Below are positions 27,441 to 36,379 of a DNA stretch of 64,000 nucleotides, in pieces. The position numbers and the translations under genes were made by a program. Under the pieces are notes generated by a model. The model made no database searches. It was not told the DNA's origin and saw only the letters and a program-made list of their open reading frames with translations. The first letter of the stretch is position 1. Each line of letters begins with the position of its first letter. The stretch covers positions 1,472,001 to 1,536,000 of the forward strand of contig OZ223236.1 of the NCBI GenBank assembly GCA_965140445.1. The letters run 5' to 3'. The stretch is from Candidatus Ozemobacteraceae bacterium (GTDB lineage Bacteria; Muiribacteriota; Ozemobacteria; Ozemobacterales; Ozemobacteraceae).

Positions 27441-28775
27441 TTAACTTGAGGGTTCCGCCAGTTTTGCCATTTCGGTCATGGTAACAAATTTGTATCCATT
27501 GGCTTTAAAGGCCTTAATTAAAGTGGGGAGAACTGTGAGTACTCCTGGGTGAATATCATGAAAGAGAATTATACTTCCTGGGGTAACTGAGCGCATAACC
27601 TTATAAAGAACTTTAGATGGGTCTTTTATCTCCCAGTCCCGGCTGTCAGAATCCCACATTACCTGATGCCATCCTTGACGATGGATAAGATTTTCAATTC
27701 TTGTATTGGTATGACCAAAAGGAGGTCTGACGAACTTACATGGTTTTGAAGTAATTCCTGATATTAAATCTGCAGTTCTTTGTAAAGTTGCCATTGCGAG
27801 CTTATCACTAAGCTTGGTAAGTGATTTATGCTGCCAGGAATGATTCCCCACATCATGCCCTTCTATGGCCATACGTGTAATTATATCTGGATAGGTTTCA
27901 GCTCTGCTCCCGACTACAAAAAAGGTACCTTTAATATTTTCAGCTTTCATAATATCAAGTAATCTGTTGGTGAAAGTATGATGAGGCCCATCATCGAAGG
28001 TAACTGCAACAAACTTCTCATTAGGTTTAGCGTTAAAAGAAGCAATGATCTGGGAGCATGAAGCCACAGTTAGAGGTTGAATCGGGTATTCAAAACTTTT
28101 TTTTCTAAACTTTTTTGCGACAGAGGGAGTTTGAGATTTTTGATACGTATTTTGAGAACCGTAAGTATTTGGAATAAGCGGATGCAGTCCTATATTTCCA
28201 CTTTCGACAGGAGGTTTATAGCTTCCAAATGACATCAGTTTCTCGGTTTTATCAATTGTAGGAATTTGAACGTGATAACCCATCTCACTTAACTTTGAAA
28301 TAGCGGGCTGAAAACCAGGCTTCTTTTTCAGACATTCCATGAAATTAGCGTAAGCTTGGCCGTAGTTGCCCTCTTCTTTTTCAAGAAGGCCAAGATTGTA
28401 GTAAATCCAGTATGAGGAAGAAATAGCCAGACCGGCTCTGAATACAAGTCTTGCATCGTCTTTTCTTCCCATTTGTTTATATGCAGAACCGAGATTGTTG
28501 TAAAGATGTATGTACGAAGAGTCTATTGAAAGGCCATATTTCCAGATTTTTATGGCGTCTTCCAGTTTTCCTGATTTGGCATAAATAATTCCGAGAGAAT
28601 TAATGGTAGGAATATCCCTTGGATTGCTATTTAGTTTTGCCCTTAAAATGTTGAAATCCCTCATCAAATCAGGAGGGGCATTGTTCTCAAAATTGTTAGC
28701 CCTTGCCCCAGAACAAATGCTCAAGACAAAAATAAAGGCTAAAATAGGTTTTAAATAGCTCATTTTTTTATTCAT
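27441..28775 (-). CDS. Exported TPR protein with a polysaccharide deacetylase (CE4/NodB) domain
   Basis: TPRs (INSLGIIYAKSG, YNNLGSAY, YYNLGLL); CE4 motifs TFDDGP, NHSWQH, RPPFG, DSRDW, ILFHD. Confidence 0.9.
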   Translation of the reverse strand: MNKKMSYLKPILAFIFVLSICSGARANNFENNAPPDLMRDFNILRAKLNSNPRDIPTINSLGIIYAKSGKLEDAIKIWKYGLSIDSSYIHLYNNLGSAYKQMGRKDDARLVFRAGLAISSSYWIYYNLGLLEKEEGNYGQAYANFMECLKKKPGFQPAISKLSEMGYHVQIPTIDKTEKLMSFGSYKPPVESGNIGLHPLIPNTYGSQNTYQKSQTPSVAKKFRKKSFEYPIQPLTVASCSQIIASFNAKPNEKFVAVTFDDGPHHTFTNRLLDIMKAENIKGTFFVVGSRAETYPDIITRMAIEGHDVGNHSWQHKSLTKLSDKLAMATLQRTADLISGITSKPCKFVRPPFGHTNTRIENLIHRQGWHQVMWDSDSRDWEIKDPSKVLYKVMRSVTPGSIILFHDIHPGVLTVLPTLIKAFKANGYKFVTMTEMAKLAEPSS

Positions 28776-28812
28776 TGGCTAATTTATCGACAGAAAAAAA
28801 GGTATTTGTGAC

Positions 28813-30039
28813 TCAATATGCATTTAAAGTTCTGACAAAACAACTCCATATTCTTTTAGAAAGACTCGTTGATGCACCTGAAATGAGCTGTTTAAAATTG
28901 CTTGATGGGTTAAAATCTGGAGCAAAACTACGCGCAACGGAGAGGAAAATGGAATTTAGAATGTGAGAATTTTTAATGGCAGCATCATTTTGCATAAAAA
29001 TAATTTTGTTTCTAACTTCTTCTACCTCTTCCGGTGAAAATTGAAAAAGATATGGAATGCCTTGTAAAAGCATAAGCATTTTTAATGTTCCAATTTTCCT
29101 GATATTCGTTTTTCTGCTTTGTAGCCACACTAGTCGCTGACGTAAAATGGATTTACTAATTTCAGGAATCGCTACCGGACTATAAAAAAGAGCTGAAATA
29201 ATCATAGACTCAAATAGCTTGGAGGTCATTTTCCCTAAAAAGAGCGGTGGTAGAAGAAAGTCTGAGTCTAATTGGCCGCTTTTCGTTTGCCAGAGTGGCA
29301 TTATATTGAAAAGCTTTTTTAATGGATGCAAAAAAGATACTGAATATCTGCTCGCCATAGCAAGAATGGCTCCAGCACAGAGACTGGTAGAAATCTTTCC
29401 ATAGATTGGGTTCGAAGAGAAGAAAAATGATCCGTCGCTATTCTGGAACTCTTGAATCTGCTTTCCGATAGCGATTAATTTTTCGGTTGGGACTTTTAGT
29501 CCTCGATTTACAGCTTCGTTGCATGCTTTAAATAATGGATAGCTTGTGTGACACGAAAAGCAGTTATTGGATTGATTAAAATTAAACGTTTCTATGCTTA
29601 ATCTATAAAGCTCATCCTCAACGGCCTGCAATTTTTCAGAAGTTCCAAAAATCTCAATTGGTTTTGCATTGTTTATATTTGTGGGAAGTTCATCGGTTGT
29701 GGGGGGCGAAAAGGCAACTGGAATAAGTTCAAAACTCTTGAATAATCCGGTGGGATTTTCAAAATGAATGCTGGAGTTCTGTTTCTGCAACGCAGACACT
29801 TGACGATAATCGCGGCTTTTGAAAACAGACAAAGTACATTTGTTTGATTTGCCCCAGATAGTTGGGGCAAAAGCTGGAATTTTTATCAGCGAAATACTGT
29901 AGGTCGCAGGGAGAACTATCCGAACTGAATTTAGCCCGGTTTCAATTTTGTAGTCGATTTTCTTGCTTTGTCCATTCAAAAGACCTGGCAAAAGAAAAAG
30001 AAACAAAAAAGTAAATTTAATTGTCCTTGGAAATCCCAT
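28813..30039 (-). CDS. Exported hypothetical protein with a CxxCH motif and prenyltransferase/QW-like repeats
   Basis: Signal peptide; NCFSCHT; FQNSDGSF and WQTKSGQL. Confidence 0.5.
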   Translation of the reverse strand: MGFPRTIKFTFLFLFLLPGLLNGQSKKIDYKIETGLNSVRIVLPATYSISLIKIPAFAPTIWGKSNKCTLSVFKSRDYRQVSALQKQNSSIHFENPTGLFKSFELIPVAFSPPTTDELPTNINNAKPIEIFGTSEKLQAVEDELYRLSIETFNFNQSNNCFSCHTSYPLFKACNEAVNRGLKVPTEKLIAIGKQIQEFQNSDGSFFFSSNPIYGKISTSLCAGAILAMASRYSVSFLHPLKKLFNIMPLWQTKSGQLDSDFLLPPLFLGKMTSKLFESMIISALFYSPVAIPEISKSILRQRLVWLQSRKTNIRKIGTLKMLMLLQGIPYLFQFSPEEVEEVRNKIIFMQNDAAIKNSHILNSIFLSVARSFAPDFNPSSNFKQLISGASTSLSKRIWSCFVRTLNAY

Positions 30040-31351
30040 ATTTTTTTAACTTGTAGTGCAAATTTTGTCGGGTTACCCCAAGAATGGCTGCAGCCCTGGA
30101 GTAATTCCATTTAGCAGTTTCTAAGGCCTGAATAATAATGGTTTCCTCAATCTTGCCTATTGTGTCCATTAGAGGTTGATCAGAGGATATATCAAAGTCC
30201 TGTTCACTGTCTCTTGGCAAGCTGACATCTTCGCTGGTCAGTAACCCAACTTTTTTTAAAATAACTGCTCTTTCAATGCAATTTTCTAACTGGCGAACAT
30301 TCCCAGGCCAGGTATATTCAGAAAGATATTCAAACAGATCCTCGGTAGCTCCATCAATTTTTCTATTATGTTTTTTAGAGTATTTCTTAATGAAAAAATT
30401 AACCAGGGCAACTATGTCCTTTTTCCTTTTCCGTAAAGGGGGAAGGTCGATTTCAACAACATTGATTCTATAAAGCAGGTCTTCACGAAAATTGCTATTT
30501 CGAACCTCTTCCTTGAGGTTTTTATTTGTTGCTGAAATGATTCTTACATTTGAGCTTAATTCATTTGTGGCTCCAACTGGCTTAAAAATACCATCTTGCA
30601 ACACTCTCAAAAGCTTTGCTTGATTTGGCAAAGTTAAATCGCCAATTTCATCAAGAAACAGTGTTCCGCCCTCAGCTTCTGAAAAGAGCCCGGATTTGTC
30701 GGCGTATGCGTTAGTAAAGCTACCTTTTTTGTGGCCAAACATTTCGCTCTCAAAAAGTGCTTCAGGGATTGCGCTGCAATTTACTGCTACAAACCTGCTA
30801 TTTTTGCGCAAAGAATTTTCATGAATTGCTCTTGCGACCAACTCTTTGCCTGTGCCGCTTTCGCCATTTACAAGAACCGTACTGTCGGTGTCAGAAATGT
30901 CATTAATCATTCTTTTAACTGCCTGCATTTCATTAGAATGACCGATCAAACCAGTGGGTTGGGGTTTGGCGTCTTTATCTGCAATTTTTTGTGTGTCGAG
31001 TATTGTATAAACTGCTTCTTTCAATTCACTTATTTCGAATGGCTTTAGCAAATAGTCTTTTGCACCCAGTTTTACTGCGGTGACAGCAGTCTCAACTGAA
31101 GAAAAAGCGGTCATTAGAATGAATGGAATTTCCGGCATACTTTCGCCAACTCTTCTTAGTAACTCTATTCCAGTCATACCACTCATGCGAATGTCTGAAA
31201 TTACCAAGTCTGCTCCACGTTTTTGTATAAATTCCAGGCCCTCGCCAGGATTCGAAAAATCAAATACTTCGTGTCCGTCCATTTCTAATGCACGTTTTAA
31301 CGCTTTTAAAAGTTTTACTTCATCGTCTATAACAACTATTTTATTTTTCAT
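30017..31351 (-). CDS. Sigma54-interaction (NtrC/AtoC-family) response regulator
   Basis: Receiver domain (IDDE, SDIRM, KPF), GESGTGKE, GTLFLDEIG, WPGNVRQLEN, Fis-type HTH; GAFTGA loop reads GSFTNA. Confidence 0.93.
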   Translation of the reverse strand: MKNKIVVIDDEVKLLKALKRALEMDGHEVFDFSNPGEGLEFIQKRGADLVISDIRMSGMTGIELLRRVGESMPEIPFILMTAFSSVETAVTAVKLGAKDYLLKPFEISELKEAVYTILDTQKIADKDAKPQPTGLIGHSNEMQAVKRMINDISDTDSTVLVNGESGTGKELVARAIHENSLRKNSRFVAVNCSAIPEALFESEMFGHKKGSFTNAYADKSGLFSEAEGGTLFLDEIGDLTLPNQAKLLRVLQDGIFKPVGATNELSSNVRIISATNKNLKEEVRNSNFREDLLYRINVVEIDLPPLRKRKKDIVALVNFFIKKYSKKHNRKIDGATEDLFEYLSEYTWPGNVRQLENCIERAVILKKVGLLTSEDVSLPRDSEQDFDISSDQPLMDTIGKIEETIIIQALETAKWNYSRAAAILGVTRQNLHYKLKKYGISKDN

Positions 31352-31387
31352 AAGCTATTCTAACTCAACTCCTGAAATTCAAAGAAT

Positions 31388-33052
31388 CTACGCTGCTTTT
31401 GGCAGGGGAAGATAAATCTCAAAGCTTGTCCAATTGTCGTTTCGGGTTGCTTCAATTTTCCCTCCATGCCCTTCAACTATCGCCTGGCAAATTGCAAGCC
31501 CTAAGCCTGTTCCTTGGGCCTTGGTGGTTACTAATGGTTCAAAAATGTGTTCCACTGGGCAATCAAAAGACTTGCCATTGTTTTCAACTTTTAACAGGAA
31601 AAATTTTTCGGTAATTAGAGCTTCAATCTTGATTTGCGGCTTATCTGTTTCTGATAATGCATCTTGTGCATTTCTAATGAGATTGCTGAGCACCTGGCAG
31701 ATTCCAACTTCATCAATTCGAATTTCTCCCTCTGGAAATCTGGGTTTTTCAAAAACGATATCTGTTTGTGCAAAGTTTTGTAGATATGGATTTGTCATTT
31801 TTTCAAATGCATCTTTTATGGACACTTTAGATAATTTTGGGGTTTGTTTTGCGGTATAGCTTTTCAAAGAGTCGATTATATTTTTGCATCTTTTAACTTC
31901 TTCAATTATTGAATCAAGATCTTCATGGTCAATATCTAAACCTTTATTTGCAGCCTCTTTTATTAAACCTGCGGTAACAAGTATGGTGCCAAGGGGATTG
32001 TTAATTTCATGTGCTATACCTGCGGAAAAACGACCAAGGGCAGCCATTTTTTCTTTGTTGGCCAATTCTCTTTGAACCTCTATAAGCCTGCTTTGAGCCT
32101 GGGAAAGCTCTCTAACCATGTCATTAAAGCTCAATGCCACAGTCTCGATTTCATCCCCACTATTGACCATTGGAGGCTCATTTAGTGGTATTTCTTTCCA
32201 ATTTCCTTTTGCAACCTGTTCGATAGCATGCTTTAGTGCTGACAATGGGAAAAGCAGTTTTTTACCAATGAAATAGCCCAAAATTAACAAAGCAAGAACC
32301 TCTATTAGGGCAAGTCTTATCATTAGCTGATTTATACTTTCTCTTGAAATAGATGCTTTTAAAGATGGGTAACCAGCTGCGCTAAATAAATTATTCTGGT
32401 TGTTAAATGCTCTAACTCTAAAAACCTGGTCTCCAACATTTATTTGTCCGGTATTGCCGCTTTTTAAAAGATTCTTAAAAAAAGAAAAGTTTTCGGTAAA
32501 TCCTTTTTGATATAAAACTCCCTTTTCATCCCATATGGCAAATGCCGGAACGTCTATTTTGCCAAAATCTGGCTTTTTTGATAGGAAAATTTCATGTTCA
32601 TCTTTGTTCAGGGGTGCAACTGAACAAATTTGCCCATGGTATGAAAGTGGCCCAGAATCACTTACTCTAAGAAAGCTGCCTGCTGATGAATTCTTTAGTG
32701 TTTGCGGTGACACATGACCGAGGACAGAAAAATTTTGTTTTTGAATTAAATCAATATGGCTTAGAGAAAGGCTTCCTTTCAATTTTTCCAAAGTCTCAAT
32801 TTTTTCGTCTGAGCTCATTGCTGCTAAGTCTATCTGATTGAAAGCTTTAGCCGTCTCAGAAGCCAGTTTATTCAAATTAAACTGTTCTTTTTTTAAAAAC
32901 GCCCCAATTTGAGAATTGAGATTTTCCAGCTTTTGAATATCCGATTCATCAATAGATAAACCAAGGCTTTGTGCAGCCCAAAAAGAGACAACTGAGATAA
33001 TTGCAATTATAAGAAAAGTAAAACCTATGCTAATTTTTGTTCTAATACCCAT
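31388..33052 (-). CDS. HAMP-domain sensor histidine kinase
   Basis: Two TMs, HAMP domain, H-box AGIAHEINNPL, N-box NLIRNA, G-box GTGLGL. Confidence 0.92.
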   Translation of the reverse strand: MGIRTKISIGFTFLIIAIISVVSFWAAQSLGLSIDESDIQKLENLNSQIGAFLKKEQFNLNKLASETAKAFNQIDLAAMSSDEKIETLEKLKGSLSLSHIDLIQKQNFSVLGHVSPQTLKNSSAGSFLRVSDSGPLSYHGQICSVAPLNKDEHEIFLSKKPDFGKIDVPAFAIWDEKGVLYQKGFTENFSFFKNLLKSGNTGQINVGDQVFRVRAFNNQNNLFSAAGYPSLKASISRESINQLMIRLALIEVLALLILGYFIGKKLLFPLSALKHAIEQVAKGNWKEIPLNEPPMVNSGDEIETVALSFNDMVRELSQAQSRLIEVQRELANKEKMAALGRFSAGIAHEINNPLGTILVTAGLIKEAANKGLDIDHEDLDSIIEEVKRCKNIIDSLKSYTAKQTPKLSKVSIKDAFEKMTNPYLQNFAQTDIVFEKPRFPEGEIRIDEVGICQVLSNLIRNAQDALSETDKPQIKIEALITEKFFLLKVENNGKSFDCPVEHIFEPLVTTKAQGTGLGLAICQAIVEGHGGKIEATRNDNWTSFEIYLPLPKAA

Positions 33053-33121
33053 CAGATTGATCCTTGAGGGTTATTCTATCGTTAAAAGTTACGTATGAAC
33101 AGTAAAAAAGTCTGGTAATAG

Positions 33122-33158
33122 AAAAACAGCTGCCCTTGAAATAAAGAGCAGCTGTTTT
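33122..33158 (-). terminator. Intrinsic terminator after tpiA
   Basis: Inverted repeat AAAACAGCTGC...GCAGCTGTTTT. Confidence 0.75.
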
Positions 33159-33168
33159 AATTTTAATT

Positions 33169-33921
33169 CTAGTAGGTTATCAGCTTAGAGAAGGATTCAG
33201 CTTCGAGGCTTGCTCCTCCTACGAGAGCTCCGTCAATTCCTTCTTCTTTCATATATGACACAACATTCTCTGGTTTTACTGAACCACCATAAAGAATTCT
33301 AACTTTATCAGCTATTTCAGCTCCATAGCGGCTTCTAATAAATTCTCTTATCAGTGCAATAGCATCATGCGCGTCTTTGGTTGTTGCATTTTTACCTGTT
33401 CCGATTGCCCAAACTGGTTCGTATGCGATAACAAGCTTAGAAACAAATTCTTCGGAAACACCCTTAAGGTTCTTTTCCATCTGGTTCAAAATGACTTGAT
33501 CTGTCATATCTTTTTCGCGTTCTTCAAGCTGTTCGCCAACACAAAGAACAGGAATCAAACCATGTTCAAAAGCAGAAATTACTTTTTTATTGATCAGTTC
33601 ATCTGTTTCACCAAAAACCCATCTTCTTTCTGAGTGCCCGAGAATTACAAATTCACAGGTCAAATCTTTGAGCATCATTGGAGAAACTTCACCAGTAAAA
33701 GCGCCTTTTTCTTCAAAATACATGTTTTGGGCGCCAAGTAAAACGTTGCTTCCTTGTCTACCTTGATCAACAGGGTAAATAAGAGGGAACGGTGGGCATA
33801 TAAGCACGTCACGTTCCTTTACATCCATAATTTTGGGAAGAAGCTCGGCCATAAAGCTTTTTGCTTCCTGTGAAGTTTTATGCATCTTCCAGTTTGCTGC
33901 GATTAGTGGTCTTCTTGTCAT
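33169..33921 (-). CDS. tpiA: Triosephosphate isomerase
   Basis: AANWKM, ILGHSERR, AYEPVWAIGTG, LYGGSV, LVGGASL. Confidence 0.98.
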   Translation of the reverse strand: MTRRPLIAANWKMHKTSQEAKSFMAELLPKIMDVKERDVLICPPFPLIYPVDQGRQGSNVLLGAQNMYFEEKGAFTGEVSPMMLKDLTCEFVILGHSERRWVFGETDELINKKVISAFEHGLIPVLCVGEQLEEREKDMTDQVILNQMEKNLKGVSEEFVSKLVIAYEPVWAIGTGKNATTKDAHDAIALIREFIRSRYGAEIADKVRILYGGSVKPENVVSYMKEEGIDGALVGGASLEAESFSKLITY

Positions 33922-35129
33922 TATTTTGCTCCTTCAGCCATTTCTTTGATGTTACGTGAAAAAACTTCTATTCCTGGGAGGGTTTTTCCTTCGAGGAATT
34001 CAAGGCAAGCGCCTCCGCCTGTAGAAACATGAGAGACTTTGTCTGCTGCTCCCATTTGTTCAACTGCTGCTACGGAATCGCCACCACCAACTATTGTAAC
34101 CGCGTCGATTTCTGCAAGAATTTCTGCGGTTTTTCTTGTACCGATATCAAATGGTGGGATTTCAAATACTCCCATTGGGCCATTCCATAAAACAGTTTTG
34201 GCACTGCGAAGTTCTTTATCAAACAATTTGATTGTTTCAGGTCCTATATCCAGACCGAGTTCATCGTCGGGGATATTGTCGATTGAAACGGTTTTGGTTT
34301 CAGTTCCAGCTTTAAATTCTTTGGCGCAAACCACGTCGGTTGGAAGAATTAAAGATTTTCCGCTTGTTTTTGCTTTTTCGATTAGCTTTTTGGCCAATTC
34401 GATCTTATCGTCTTCACACAATGATTTTCCAATGTTGTAACCCTGGGCTTTTAGAAAGGTAAATGCCATTCCTCCGCCTATAAGTAGGGAATCAACTTTT
34501 TCAAGGAGATTTTCGATTACAAGAATTTTATCGCTGACTTTTGCACCGCCAAGTATAGCAACCAATGGGCGATCGGGAGATCCGGTTACTTTTCCAAGGT
34601 AGTTGATTTCCTTTTCCATTAGCAATCCAGCATATGCGGGAAGGGTATCTGCGATTCCTGCAGTTGAAGCGTGAGCCCTGTGAGCTGTTCCGAAAGCGTC
34701 ACTAACATAAATGTCGCCTAAGGAAGCTAGAGCTTTAGCAAATGTTGGATCATTTTTCTTTTCTGCATTATGAAATCTTAGATTTTCAAGCAGAACAACT
34801 TCTCCGTTGTTTAAGTTGTTAACTAGCTCAACTGTTTTTTCTCCGATGCAATCTTCAGCAAATTTGACTTCTTTACCGAGCAATTTGCTTAAATGATTTA
34901 CAACTGATTTCAGTGAGTATTTTGCTTCGAACTCACCCTTTGGACGGCCAAGATGACTCATGATAATCAGCTTTCCGCCCTGATCAAGAATGTGCTTAAG
35001 GGTTGGTATGGCTCTTCTGATACGAGTGTCGTCTGTAATATTCAAATTCTCATCCAATGGAACGTTGAAATCCACACGAACGAGCGCTTTTTTACCAGAA
35101 AAATTAATATCTCTTATTGTTCTGAACAT
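33921..35129 (-). CDS. pgk: Phosphoglycerate kinase
   Basis: [49 protein letters not shown]. Confidence 0.98.
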   Translation of the reverse strand: MFRTIRDINFSGKKALVRVDFNVPLDENLNITDDTRIRRAIPTLKHILDQGGKLIIMSHLGRPKGEFEAKYSLKSVVNHLSKLLGKEVKFAEDCIGEKTVELVNNLNNGEVVLLENLRFHNAEKKNDPTFAKALASLGDIYVSDAFGTAHRAHASTAGIADTLPAYAGLLMEKEINYLGKVTGSPDRPLVAILGGAKVSDKILVIENLLEKVDSLLIGGGMAFTFLKAQGYNIGKSLCEDDKIELAKKLIEKAKTSGKSLILPTDVVCAKEFKAGTETKTVSIDNIPDDELGLDIGPETIKLFDKELRSAKTVLWNGPMGVFEIPPFDIGTRKTAEILAEIDAVTIVGGGDSVAAVEQMGAADKVSHVSTGGGACLEFLEGKTLPGIEVFSRNIKEMAEGAK

Positions 35130-35178
35130 TTGTGTCCCTCCTGATATTGTCTGGAGCTTTCAATTATAACCTAAATTT

Positions 35179-35214
35179 AAAAAACAGGAAACCTGCAATC
35201 AGGTTCCCTGTTTT
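35179..35214 (-). terminator. Terminator-like hairpin between gap and pgk
   Basis: Minus strand AAAACAGGGAACCTG-ATTG-CAGGTTTCCTGTTTTTT. Confidence 0.7.
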
Positions 35215-35235
35215 AGAATCAATTAAAGTGCCTTC

Positions 35236-36258
<1,023 letters not shown>

Positions 36259-36379
36259 TTAGATTTTGTGTCCCACTTTGTGAAATTCGGGACAATAAAA
36301 AACGATGCCCCTTATTTACTAGGGGCACCGATTAATGTCAAGCAGGAAATTTCCTGCGTGCTAAGATGAGCTCTAATAC

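Noticed and set aside
28784..28811. Additional sigma28-like boxes (GTCGATAA here; GTCGATAT at 53914-53921; ACCGATAG at 52381-52388)
   Set aside because: The -10 boxes deviate from consensus and the -35 matches are poor or ambiguous; not supportable without a genome-wide motif model
36288..36305. CggR operator upstream of gap
   Set aside because: Only one CGGGAC half-site, without the N6-TGTC part or the direct repeat; no cggR gene adjacent
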